A stretch of 49,719 nucleotides of DNA, taken from the sequence record DRR378314_1276; one strand, given 5' to 3'. Positions 38,430 through 47,363 of this stretch are shown here, piece after piece. Each line of letters starts with the position of its first letter. Position 1 is the first letter of the stretch. The notes below the pieces were generated by a model that worked only from the letters and a program-made list of their open reading frames with translations, did no database searches and was not told where the DNA came from. The translations under genes and the position numbers were made by a program.

Positions 38430-39452
38430 TTATTGCTTGCCGTCGGCCTTTTTGACGGCATCGAGCAGAATGTTCAATGCCTGCTCGCCACGCTCGCCTA
38501 CCTCGTCGATGTAGGTTTCGCGGACCGGCCTGGCCAGTTCGCGGAAGGCGTCGCGCTGGGCGTCGTCCAGCTCGATAATCTCGATATCGCTCTTGGATTG
38601 GATCGCTTTGAGGCGCTTCTTGTTGAACTGGGTCTGGATGTTGTGGCCCTCGCGTACCAGTTTCTTGGTGACCGCGTCGATCATTGCCCGCTGATCATCG
38701 GAAAGGCCGTCGTACCAGTCCGCGTTGCCGATCAGGGTGGCCACGAACTGGGACTGACCGGCGAAGATCATGTAGTCCTGGACCTCGTAGAACCCCATTT
38801 CCTCGTGGGCGAAGATCGGCTGGATATTGCCCTCGGCCTGGCCCTGCTGGAGGGCACTGTAGAGCTCGCCATAGGCGATGGAGGTGGGCGAGGCGCCGTA
38901 GGCCCGGTAGGTGGCGCGCAGCAGGCTGTTGTCCATGACGCGGATATTCAGCCCCTTCATATCCGCGGGGGTGCGGACGGCTTTGTTCGCCGTCCACGCC
39001 TGGTTACCCTCGGGCAGCTCGGCCAGGGCGACCAGATCGCGTGCGCGGAAGGCCTGCCGCCAGGGTTCGCTCTTGAGAAAGGCATCGGAGTTGAGCACCT
39101 TGGCCGTGAGCCACTGGTCGTCGGGCATGATGTAGTTGAGATTAAGCAGCTGACTTTCGGGCACCGTGCCGCCCAGGAAGCCGGAGCCGAAGCCGAGCTG
39201 GATGGCACCGCCCTGGATGGCGTCATAGAGGGCGGAATAGGTCGACCCCCAGGTGCCGTAGGGCAGTAGTTGCACGTTGATCTCGTCGTCGCTTTTCTTC
39301 TCGACCAGTTCCTTGAAGCGTTCCGCGTAGCGATGCTGGACACTGCCTTCGATTTCTTCCAGGCCGATGCGCCAGGTTTCCGCGTTGGCGCTGGCGCTGA
39401 GCGCCATCAGGCCGAGCGCGGCGACGGCGCCCACGAGTCGATGCATTCTCAT
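38430..39452 (-). CDS. TRAP substrate-binding protein DctP (TeaA/UehA-like)
   Basis: Signal peptide ending ANA, WRIGLEEIEGSVQ, MKGLNIRVM, GELYSALQQG and GFYEVQDY. Only the C-terminal part of the listed 722-aa ORF is real. SD AGGAG precedes ATG 39452. Confidence 0.92.
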   Translation of the reverse strand: MRMHRLVGAVAALGLMALSASANAETWRIGLEEIEGSVQHRYAERFKELVEKKSDDEINVQLLPYGTWGSTYSALYDAIQGGAIQLGFGSGFLGGTVPESQLLNLNYIMPDDQWLTAKVLNSDAFLKSEPWRQAFRARDLVALAELPEGNQAWTANKAVRTPADMKGLNIRVMDNSLLRATYRAYGASPTSIAYGELYSALQQGQAEGNIQPIFAHEEMGFYEVQDYMIFAGQSQFVATLIGNADWYDGLSDDQRAMIDAVTKKLVREGHNIQTQFNKKRLKAIQSKSDIEIIELDDAQRDAFRELARPVRETYIDEVGERGEQALNILLDAVKKADGKQ

Positions 39453-39653
39453 GAAACTCCTTGGTGGTGACATTGCGGATGAACTCACTACATTGCATCC
39501 GGCGGAATGTGTCAAGCGCGCCCCGGGTCGCTTTTGCGGCCTTCGGGCTGGCGCCTGACGGACCTTAATGCCACCATACTCTCCGACTTTCCTGGCCACG
39601 GCGGCCGGGGCGTGTGACGGTATGAGCGAACCATTGGCGAAGAGGACGCGGTC

Positions 39654-40553
39654 TTGTTCAAGCGGTGCCTGAAGGCGGGAATCTGGGTGTTGTTGATGGC
39701 TGTCGGCGCCGGGGCCGGGGCCCAGCAGGAAACTGACGACTCCCGCCCGGAAGCGCAAAGCGAGATCGAAAAGGGACCGGTGATTTCCCAGTTCCGCGAG
39801 AACTGGATTCTCGGTGAGCTGCGCAGCCTCCGTCAGGACATGATGGAGTACCGCAACGACATGAACCGGATCGTCACCGACCGGGAACTGGAAGTGGCCG
39901 ACAAGGCCATGGGCTACGCCACCAATACGGTGACCTACTTCTTCTACCTGATCGCCGGCGCCGCCTCGATTCTGGCGCTGGTGGGCTGGTCCACGATTCG
40001 TGACCTCAAGGACAACATCCGCGTCTACGCCGAGAAGGAGATGTCCCGGCTCACCGTGGAGTACGAGTCGCGCCTGGCGGACCTGGAGCAGGAGCTGCGC
40101 CGCAAATCGCGCACCATCACCGAAAACCAGGAAGAGATCGAGCGCACCAACGAGATCCACAGCCTGTGGCTGAAAGCCACCAAGGAAACCAGCTACAAGG
40201 AGAAGATCGAGCTCTACGACCGGATCCTGGAGCTGCGCCCGGACGACCCGGAGGCGCTGGCCTGGAAGGCCGACGCCGCCCTGGAGCTGGGCGAGCAGCG
40301 CTGGGCGCTGAGCCTGTGCGACCGGGTGCTGGAAGTGGACGAGGACAACGCCCACGCCCTCTACCAGCGCGCCTGCGCCTGGGCCGGCCTGGGCGAGACC
40401 GAGAACGCCCTGCGCGACCTGCGCCAGGCGGTGGCCATCTCCGAGGCCCTGCGCCAGCACGCCCGCGCCGAGGAAATGTTCGTTCCGCTGCGTGAAATGG
40501 AGCGCTTCCAGGAGCTGGTGGGGCGCGCCGAGGACGATGAAACGCCCCTGTGA
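39654..40553 (+). CDS. Membrane-anchored coiled-coil/TPR repeat protein
   Basis: Signal-like N-terminus, one TM (FFYLIAGAASILALVGW), coiled coil, and TPR-like repeats (ALAWKADA, ALYQRACAWAGLG). The start is uncertain. Confidence 0.82.
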   Translation: MFKRCLKAGIWVLLMAVGAGAGAQQETDDSRPEAQSEIEKGPVISQFRENWILGELRSLRQDMMEYRNDMNRIVTDRELEVADKAMGYATNTVTYFFYLIAGAASILALVGWSTIRDLKDNIRVYAEKEMSRLTVEYESRLADLEQELRRKSRTITENQEEIERTNEIHSLWLKATKETSYKEKIELYDRILELRPDDPEALAWKADAALELGEQRWALSLCDRVLEVDEDNAHALYQRACAWAGLGETENALRDLRQAVAISEALRQHARAEEMFVPLREMERFQELVGRAEDDETPL

Positions 40554-40636
40554 CGGGGCCCGCCGCCGATAGGCCCGGGCTGTCGCTTTTATCGCCAATC
40601 CCGTCGTTCCGGTCTGTCTATTTGCCGGGCGGTTTC

Positions 40637-40645
40637 TGCTACACT
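40637..40645 (+). promoter_or_regulatory. Extended -10 TGcTACACT upstream of folE2
   Basis: TG-n-TACACT motif. No Zur box seen nearby. Confidence 0.4.
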
Positions 40646-40746
40646 CTGCGCCCCTGAGAGGTCGGGCGGCATCGCCTGGAGAATTGTCCCAGCCTTCACC
40701 GGCCAGCGGTCATGCTCCGTCCCTTGCCGTCCCAGCGGAGATTTCC

Positions 40747-41709
40747 ATGAAGCGCGATAGCAGTTCGGAAACCACCAAGTCGATGCCCGATGTGGCGACG
40801 AACTCCATGGTGGAACACATTCACAGCACCCTGGACTGGGTGGGCATGAGCGAGATCCATCTGCCGGCCCGCATCAGCGACACCCTGGCCGGCGAACGCC
40901 CGGTGAGCACGTCCATCCAGGCCTATGTGAACCTTTCCAACCCGGACGCCAAGGGCATTCACATGTCCCGGCTTTACCTGATGCTGGAGGAAACCTTCGG
41001 CGATCATTCGGTAAGCGCCTATTCGATCCGCAAGCTGTTGCAGAATTTCCTCGACTCCCACGAGGGCCTCAGCGACCGGGGCTTCGTGCAGTTCGATTTC
41101 GAGTACTCGATGCGCCGGCCGGCGCTGAAAAGCAGCTACTCCGGCTGGAAGAGCTACCCGGTGACCATCAAGGCGACCCTGGCCCCGGACGGCATGCGCA
41201 TGGAGCTGGCGGTGGAAGTGCCCTATTCCTCCACCTGCCCGTGCTCCGCGGCGCTGGCCCGGCAGCTGATTCAGGAGCAGTTCCGCAAGGACTTCGAAGG
41301 CGAAGGCTCCGTGGACATGGAGAAGGTGTTCGAGTGGCTGGGCACCGAGGAAGGCATCATGGCGACGCCGCACAGCCAGCGCTCCGTGGCCCAGGTGCGG
41401 GTATTGCTGGATACCGACTGCGACGAGGCCTTCCCGATCACCGCTCTGATCGATTCCATCGAGGGCGCGCTGAAAACGCCGGTGCAGACCGCCGTGAAGC
41501 GGGTCGACGAGCAGGAATTCGCCAAGCTCAACGGCCAGAACCTGATGTTCTGCGAGGATTCCGCGCGGCGCTTGAAGCGGGCGCTGGACGGCCAGCCCTG
41601 CTACCAGGACTTCTGGCTGCGGGTGAATCACCTGGAGAGCCTGCACGCCCACAACGCGGTGGCCATCGCCACCAAGGAAGTGGAGGGCGGCTACCTGCCG
41701 ATTCCCTGA
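40747..41709 (+). CDS. folE2: GTP cyclohydrolase I type IB
   Basis: [51 protein letters not shown] and ESLHAHNA. The start is approximate. Confidence 0.96.
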   Translation: MKRDSSSETTKSMPDVATNSMVEHIHSTLDWVGMSEIHLPARISDTLAGERPVSTSIQAYVNLSNPDAKGIHMSRLYLMLEETFGDHSVSAYSIRKLLQNFLDSHEGLSDRGFVQFDFEYSMRRPALKSSYSGWKSYPVTIKATLAPDGMRMELAVEVPYSSTCPCSAALARQLIQEQFRKDFEGEGSVDMEKVFEWLGTEEGIMATPHSQRSVAQVRVLLDTDCDEAFPITALIDSIEGALKTPVQTAVKRVDEQEFAKLNGQNLMFCEDSARRLKRALDGQPCYQDFWLRVNHLESLHAHNAVAIATKEVEGGYLPIP

Positions 41710-41731
41710 CCGGGGCTCGTAAGGCCGCTAC

Positions 41732-41762
41732 AAAAAAAGCCGCGCTATGCGCGGCTTTTTTT
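41732..41762. terminator. Bidirectional intrinsic terminator
   Basis: aaaaaaagccgcgc-tat-gcgcggcttttttt between convergent genes. Confidence 0.93.
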
Positions 41763-41804
41763 ATGACCGCCGTCCCTGGCGGTCGCTCCTCGGCTCGCCG
41801 GCGC

Positions 41805-42335
41805 TCAGAAGCGGCCGTTGAGCCCCAGGGACAGGTTGGTGACTTCGTCGCCGCCACTGTCCACGGCGCGCATGTATTCCACGCTCACGAACACCACGTC
41901 GGTCAGGCTCACGTCGGCGCCCAGGCCGATGGAGAGGCCGGAGTAGTTCTCGCCGGTGGAGCCGCCGCCGGGGAAGTTCTCGGTGGTTTCCATGCGGGTC
42001 AGGCCGATCAGGCCGTAGGGGCGCACCGGCAGGGTGTTGGGGAACTGGCCACGGAAATAGGCGCCGTAGTAGCGGTCGATTTCCACATCGGTGCCACGGC
42101 CCAGGTCGTCCTCATCAATACCCAGGCCCAGGCGCAGCTCGCCGCCCAGGGTTTCATTGCGGTTGATCCAGGTACCGAACTTGAACTGCAGCGCGGTGGG
42201 ATCGGCGCTGCCGCCGTCGTCCGGTTCGATTTCGCTGCTGACAACGTCGATACCCGCGAAGCCGGAGGCGCCGGCGGCAATGGGCAGGAGGGTCAGGGGC
42301 AGCGCAAGGCTCGCGGCTAACAGGAAAGGCTTCAT
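41805..42335 (-). CDS. Small outer-membrane beta-barrel protein (OmpA-like TM domain)
   Basis: Signal peptide, alternating beta strands (GGELRLGLG, YGAYFRG, PYGLIG, VSVEYM) and a C-terminal Phe. Confidence 0.88.
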   Translation of the reverse strand: MKPFLLAASLALPLTLLPIAAGASGFAGIDVVSSEIEPDDGGSADPTALQFKFGTWINRNETLGGELRLGLGIDEDDLGRGTDVEIDRYYGAYFRGQFPNTLPVRPYGLIGLTRMETTENFPGGGSTGENYSGLSIGLGADVSLTDVVFVSVEYMRAVDSGGDEVTNLSLGLNGRF

Positions 42336-42455
42336 GGGTACTCCGATCATTACTGCGGATGGTTATTAAGGATGCTGTCCGTGAACGCATTGTAGTGAAA
42401 AGAAGCGCGCAAGGCGACGCGCAAGGCCCCGGCCGGACGGCCGGGGCGGAGGGCG

Positions 42456-43775
42456 TTAATGGTCGTGATCGTGATCTTCGTCGTGATCGTCGTGGCCGTC
42501 ATGGTCGTGCGCCTCGCCGACGCCGGTCCAGGCCAGGCCGGTGGGCGGGAATGCCAGGGGCACCGCTTCCAGGCTCAGCGCTTCCAGGTCGATGATGTGG
42601 ATCGCCGGCGCCGCCGGGTCACTGACGAAGGCCTGATCGCCGGCGGCGCTCACCGCCAGTGCCGGTGCCGGGCCGCTGGCGGGCACGCTGTCGAGCACCG
42701 CGATACTGCCGCGGTGGCTCCAGTCGCTGCTCTCCAGCACGTGCAGATCGCCGTTGCTGTCGAGAACCAGCAGGTGCTCGCCGTGGCCGTCAAAGCCCCG
42801 TGCCAGCGCCGAGACCGGGTCGCCGTCACCGTCCACGGCGCCGTCGCGCCAGTCCACCTGCGTGGCGGTGCCGGCTTCCGGGTCCAGCGCGTAGAGGTTG
42901 CCGCCGGGGTAGGAGAACGCGGCGAACTCCGCCACATCGGGATGGCCCACCACCGTGGCCAGGCGCTCCGCCACCGCGATCTTGGCGTCGTCGAAATGGT
43001 CGCCGTGCAGTTCGGCCACCAGCGCGCCGTCGTCGCAGCCGAACACCGAGAAGGTGCCGTTGGATGCGCCGCCGTGCAGGCCCGGGCAGGCCGTGGCCAG
43101 CTCGCCTTCATTGTGGAAGTGGTCGCCGTGCAGCTCGAACACGCTGATGCCGTCCGGCGCGTCGCCGCTGGCGGCGGCGTGGCTGGCCAGCACCACACCG
43201 TCGAGGGGCTCGGCGATGCCGTGATGGGCGGTGTCCAGGGTCTGATGGGCCAGGGTGCCGCCGCTTTCCAGACTCTCATCGCTGAACAGATGGAACTGGC
43301 TCAGGGCGGCGCTGGCGCTGTCGCCGTCGAAGAACAGGGCGGCCTGCTCGCCGTGGTGGCGGTAGTGGGTGGGCCGCACGCCGGACAGGGTAAACGGCAG
43401 CATCGCCGGATCGCCCTCGTCGACATGGTCGTCGTGGCGGTAGACGCCGCCGTCCAGGAATTCCACCTGGTCGTTGTCGCGCTGCACGATCACCGCGTAG
43501 CGGTGCTCCGGGCTGCTGTGGACCGCCGTGGCGGGATGCACCAGGGCGAAATCCGCCAGGGTGGAGCGGCTCTCCAGGTCGTGCACATAGACCCGTGAAT
43601 TAGAGCCGTCGGCGTGGGTGAACACCAGCCGGCCGGCGCTTTCCGCGCCGTGGTCATGGTCGTGTTCGTCCTCGCCGCCGGGCAGCGGGGTGCTGCCGGT
43701 GTCGTTGTTGCAGGCGGCAAGCAATACCGACGCGGCCAGCAGGGCGGCGCCGGTGGGGGAAAATGAGCGTTTCAT
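42456..43775 (-). CDS. His-rich lipoprotein, AztD-like beta-propeller zinc-binding protein
   Basis: Lipobox LAAC, His/Asp-rich N- and C-terminal tracts, HHGIAEP and CPGLHG motifs as in AztD, and repeated HGDHF. Confidence 0.75.
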   Translation of the reverse strand: MKRSFSPTGAALLAASVLLAACNNDTGSTPLPGGEDEHDHDHGAESAGRLVFTHADGSNSRVYVHDLESRSTLADFALVHPATAVHSSPEHRYAVIVQRDNDQVEFLDGGVYRHDDHVDEGDPAMLPFTLSGVRPTHYRHHGEQAALFFDGDSASAALSQFHLFSDESLESGGTLAHQTLDTAHHGIAEPLDGVVLASHAAASGDAPDGISVFELHGDHFHNEGELATACPGLHGGASNGTFSVFGCDDGALVAELHGDHFDDAKIAVAERLATVVGHPDVAEFAAFSYPGGNLYALDPEAGTATQVDWRDGAVDGDGDPVSALARGFDGHGEHLLVLDSNGDLHVLESSDWSHRGSIAVLDSVPASGPAPALAVSAAGDQAFVSDPAAPAIHIIDLEALSLEAVPLAFPPTGLAWTGVGEAHDHDGHDDHDEDHDHDH

Positions 43776-43815
43776 TGAGCTCTCTCCAATGTCTTTTTGC
43801 TGTGGATGTTCCGCG

Positions 43816-45894
43816 TCAAAAGGTCAGGCGCACGCCGGCGGTCAGGTTACGACCGGGTTCCGGTACCGTGCGCGCCAGAAACGACGCGTGGTTCCACACT
43901 TCCTCGCCGAGCAGATTGCTGGCGCGCAGGAAGGCGCTGTACTGGGGGCTGCCGGTGAAGGTGTAGCTCACCGTGGCATTGAGCATGTCGTGGCCCGGCG
44001 TGCGGGTTTCGAAGCCGGCGATGCGGTCCTGGGCGAACACCCGGTAGAACTCCAGCTCCGCGTCGAAGGCGCGCCAGTAGGTGTTCAGGCGCGCGCCCAG
44101 CCGCTGTGCCGGGATGCGCGGCAGCTCGTCGCCGTTGTCCTCGAATTGCGCGTACACCGTGTCGCCGAAGGCGGTGGTGGAGAAGCGGTCGGTCCACTGG
44201 TAGGTGGCTTCCGCTTCCGCGCCGGTGAACTCCACGTCTTCCTGGCTGTATTTGATCAGGCGGAATTCCTCGATCTGATCCAGGGTGCGGGCGTAGATGT
44301 AGTCCTGAACCCGGTTGTGGAACACGCCGAGGTCGAAGGTCAGATCGCCCTGCACCTTGCGCAGATTTAGGCCCACGTTGTGGGACGTCTCCGTTTCCAG
44401 GTCGGCGTCGTTGGCGGCGCCGCCGCAGGTGAAGGTGTCGGAAAGCAGCCCGCACTCATAGGTGTTGGTGGCCAGATGCACGCCGCGCGCGTAGACCTCC
44501 TGGGTCTGGGGCAAACGCTGGGAGCGCGCCACCGACAGCGACACGTTGTAATCCGGGCGGAACGCCCAGGTCAGCGCGCTGGAGATCGAGGTGGCGGAAT
44601 CGCTCACCGAAGGCAGCGGGCGCTGAGCGTCATCGGGGTCCAGGTCCTGGTGCTCGTAGCGGGCCCCGGCCTCCAGCTGCCACTGGTCGTTGAAGCGGTA
44701 GCGCTCCACCGCGAACAGGGCCGCCACCCGGGTATCGGTTTTCGGCAACAGCCCCTCTTCGCCGGTGGTCTCGATCTGGCCGTCGGTGAACTGGGTGCCC
44801 ACCGTGCCGCGCCAGCCGAGGATGGGCGCGTGCTCCGCCTCCACGCGGGTGTCCACGCCCCGGTGGCGGAAGCTGGTGCCGATTTCGCCTTCCTCGATCT
44901 CGTGGTGACGGTAATCCGTATGGCTGGCGCGCAGGCGCACCGCTTCCACGCCGTCGAACGGCCGGCGGTATTCACCGCGCAGGTCCACGCGGCGGCTGTC
45001 CAGGTCCACGAACGGCGCTTCCTCTTCGCCGTGCTCGTGCTCATGGCCTTCTTCCGCGCAATCCAGGCTGGCGCCGTTGCTGGTGCAGCCCTCGAACTCG
45101 TGGCTGTGGCCGGGCAGGCCGTAGAGGTCGCCGCGGTAGGAGTAGGCGACGCCCAGATAGCCCCGGCCACCGATCCATGAGAGCCCGACGCTGGCGTTGT
45201 TGCTTTCCGCCCAGGTGCCGTCGATCTCCTGTTCGGTGAAGCCGTTCACCTCGTAGTTGTCGGCGTCGCGGCGGGCGCCTTCCACATGGATGGCGATATT
45301 ATCGCCGGCGCGGGCGGTCAGCCCCACGGCGCCGGCCTGTTCGTCGGCCACGGTGTTGCCGCGCGCCGAGACGAAGCCTTCCACCGGGCGGTCCGGCATG
45401 CGCGTGGGGATTTTGTTGTCGAGCACGTTGACCACGCCGCCGATGGCGCCGCCGCCATACAGCAGGGTGGACGGGCCGCGCAGCACTTCCACCTTGCGCG
45501 ACAGCATGGGCTCCACGGTGGTGGCGTGGTCCGGCGAGATGGTCGACATGTCGAACAGTTGCGCGCCGTCGGACAGCACGCTGACACGCGGCGCGGTCTG
45601 GCCGCGGATCACCGGCCGGCCGGAGCCGCCGCCGTAGGTGTCGGCGTGCACGCCGGGCAGGCCGTCCAGGGTATCGCCCAGGGTGGCTTCGCTTTGCTGG
45701 AACAGCAGCTGGTCTTCAAGCAGGTCGAACGAGGCCGGCGTCAGATTGGCGTCGCTGCCCAGCGGCAAAGCGGACACTTCCACGGCGTCCAGCCGGCCTT
45801 CGGTGTCGGTGGACGCGGGCTCGGCGGCGGGCGCCACGGACCAGACCATGGCGGCCACGGTGGCGGCGGCCATGGGGGGAGTAAAGCGTTTCAT
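43816..45894 (-). CDS. TonB-dependent receptor, ZnuD-like (zinc uptake)
   Basis: RPVIRGQ, SPDH, EVLRGPSTLLYGGGAIGGVVN plug, YGLPGHSHEFEGC..CAEEGHEHEH loop, DYRHHEIE, GVHLAT and the C-terminal PGRN..F. Confidence 0.92.
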   Translation of the reverse strand: MKRFTPPMAAATVAAMVWSVAPAAEPASTDTEGRLDAVEVSALPLGSDANLTPASFDLLEDQLLFQQSEATLGDTLDGLPGVHADTYGGGSGRPVIRGQTAPRVSVLSDGAQLFDMSTISPDHATTVEPMLSRKVEVLRGPSTLLYGGGAIGGVVNVLDNKIPTRMPDRPVEGFVSARGNTVADEQAGAVGLTARAGDNIAIHVEGARRDADNYEVNGFTEQEIDGTWAESNNASVGLSWIGGRGYLGVAYSYRGDLYGLPGHSHEFEGCTSNGASLDCAEEGHEHEHGEEEAPFVDLDSRRVDLRGEYRRPFDGVEAVRLRASHTDYRHHEIEEGEIGTSFRHRGVDTRVEAEHAPILGWRGTVGTQFTDGQIETTGEEGLLPKTDTRVAALFAVERYRFNDQWQLEAGARYEHQDLDPDDAQRPLPSVSDSATSISSALTWAFRPDYNVSLSVARSQRLPQTQEVYARGVHLATNTYECGLLSDTFTCGGAANDADLETETSHNVGLNLRKVQGDLTFDLGVFHNRVQDYIYARTLDQIEEFRLIKYSQEDVEFTGAEAEATYQWTDRFSTTAFGDTVYAQFEDNGDELPRIPAQRLGARLNTYWRAFDAELEFYRVFAQDRIAGFETRTPGHDMLNATVSYTFTGSPQYSAFLRASNLLGEEVWNHASFLARTVPEPGRNLTAGVRLTF

Positions 45895-45898
45895 GTTG

Positions 45899-45982
45899 TC
45901 TCCTGAATACAACCACGGGCCGTCCTGGCGCAGCGCCAGGGCCGGTCCCGATAAGGGAAGTCAGTGCTTGGAATTCAGGAGA
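45899..45982 (-). promoter_or_regulatory. Anti-SD/SD translational attenuator hairpin of the TonB receptor
   Basis: Perfect 10-bp inverted repeat (45899-45908 / 45973-45982). In the mRNA, UCUCCUGAAU (uORF end and stop) pairs with AUUCAGGAGA (receptor SD). Inner hairpin CCUGGCG/CGCCAGG. Confidence 0.75.
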
Positions 45983-46274
45983 AGCGGGGTGGCGCGCGCG
46001 CCGGATGGTTGCGGGTCGGGGTGACCGCCCGCGGGCGACGGACGTCGGCCGCGGGCGTGGTGGTGTCGGGAAGCACCGGTGGCGGCGTGAACAGGGTGGG
46101 CACGCCCACCAGGCCGTGGCCTTGCACGCACAGGTCGCAGTCGTGGGCGACGATCGCGGACTGGCCGTCGTGGCCGTCGAAGATGTGCGCCGGGGCGTGC
46201 CAGGCGAGCAGCGTCTGCGCGACCAGCAGCAGGGCGACGAACAGTAACCGACCCTGGGGACGCGGCTCACTCAT
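45975..46274 (-). CDS. DUF2946/CruR/CutF-like leader protein with TM/signal, His/CxxC and C-terminal RAPP arrest motif
   Basis: [34 protein letters not shown], Pro-rich linker, ARAPPRFS-stop. Ends 80 nt upstream of the receptor. Confidence 0.82.
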   Translation of the reverse strand: MSEPRPQGRLLFVALLLVAQTLLAWHAPAHIFDGHDGQSAIVAHDCDLCVQGHGLVGVPTLFTPPPVLPDTTTPAADVRRPRAVTPTRNHPARAPPRFS

Positions 46275-46503
46275 GGGCGTCCCCGCAACGGTGGCCGGGC
46301 ACCGGGTCGAAGCCGCCGGGGTGCCAGGGGTGACACTTGCACAGCCGCTTCACCGCCAGACCGGAACCGCGCAAGCTGCCGTGGGCTTCCACCGCCTGAC
46401 GCGCGTACTCCGAACAGGTCGGATAGAACCGGCACTGATTCCCCAGCCAGGGGCTCAGTACGGTCTGGTACACACGCAGGGCGGCCAGCAGAAGGCGTTT
46501 CAC
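46267..46503 (-). CDS. yidD: Membrane protein insertion efficiency factor YidD (paralogous or relocated copy)
   Basis: [29 protein letters not shown] and [20 protein letters not shown] start. Confidence 0.92.
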   Translation of the reverse strand: MKRLLLAALRVYQTVLSPWLGNQCRFYPTCSEYARQAVEAHGSLRGSGLAVKRLCKCHPWHPGGFDPVPGHRCGDAHE

Positions 46504-46673
46504 GTTGGCATCCGGTCATAACAGGGGTTGATTCGACTGGGCATCATAGCGGTTATCGGGCCGATGTCGCCACCGCGATGTGCAAAAGGGGCCAATCCCA
46601 CACCGCGCGCTTGTGCGCGGGCGGCCGGGTCCCATACTGAGCGGCCTGTCTCTCACCGAACCGAGGAATCGCC

Positions 46674-47348
46674 GTGTTGAACCCGCTTGTGTCCCTGTGT
46701 ACGGGGCTGCTTCTCCTGGCCGTCAGCGTCTCCGCCGCCGCTCAATCCTGGCAACCCAACCGGGAGGCCGACGCCCGCGACCAGGTCTCCACCTGGACCC
46801 GGGATGTGCCGGACAGCCCGGTTAAGGCGTTTCGTGGCGTGGTGGAGGTGCCGCACGGGCCGGTGCCGGTGCTGGCGGCGATCACCGCCGTGGACACCTT
46901 TCCGGAGTGGATCTTCCAGGTCCAGGCCAGCGAGGCGGTGCCGGACACCGGCGGCGAGCGCACCTATATGCGCTTCAACGGCATCTGGCCGGTGTCCGAC
47001 CGCGACGTGGTGCTCGACAACAGCGTCAGCCAGGCGCCGGAAAGCGGTGCCGTGACCCTGCACAGCGTCAACGCCGAGGGCGCGCGGCCGCCCAGCGACG
47101 GCTATGTGCGCATCCCGGCGCTGAATAATCGGTTCGTGGTGACGCCGCTGGCGGACGGCTGGACGCGGGTGGAATTCCGCACCTTCGTCGACCCGGGCGG
47201 CAAGGTGCCGGTGTGGCTGGCCAATCTGGTCGCCACCAAGGCGCCGCTGGTGACGCTGGAAGGGCTGCAGGCGCAGCTGGAGAAGCCGCGCTTCAAGAAC
47301 GCCGGCAAGGACGACCTGCCGGCGGTCTTCGACGGGGTTCGTTTCTAG
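46674..47348 (+). CDS. Secreted START/SRPBCC lipid-binding domain protein
   Basis: Signal peptide, WPVSDRDVV and VDPGGKVPVWLAN motifs. Confidence 0.85.
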   Translation: MLNPLVSLCTGLLLLAVSVSAAAQSWQPNREADARDQVSTWTRDVPDSPVKAFRGVVEVPHGPVPVLAAITAVDTFPEWIFQVQASEAVPDTGGERTYMRFNGIWPVSDRDVVLDNSVSQAPESGAVTLHSVNAEGARPPSDGYVRIPALNNRFVVTPLADGWTRVEFRTFVDPGGKVPVWLANLVATKAPLVTLEGLQAQLEKPRFKNAGKDDLPAVFDGVRF

Positions 47349-47363
47349 GGCCGCGCCGTCCGC

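Noticed and set aside
39453-40598. 722-aa ORF suggesting a long N-terminal fusion to DctP
   Set aside because: The extension is the antisense shadow of the TPR gene. DctP has its own SD, ATG (39452) and signal peptide.
40554-40746. Zur control of folE2
   Set aside because: No Zur-like palindrome is visible, so folE2 may be housekeeping here despite its proximity to zinc genes.
42459-42510. Short tandem repeats (gtcgtgatc-like)
   Set aside because: They simply encode the His/Asp-rich tail of the lipoprotein.
46504-46673. Zur box upstream of the yidD, leader, receptor operon
   Set aside because: Only a partial half-site-like CATAACA is visible, with no TGTTAT-N3-ATAACA palindrome. A PWM scan would be needed to exclude a weak site.
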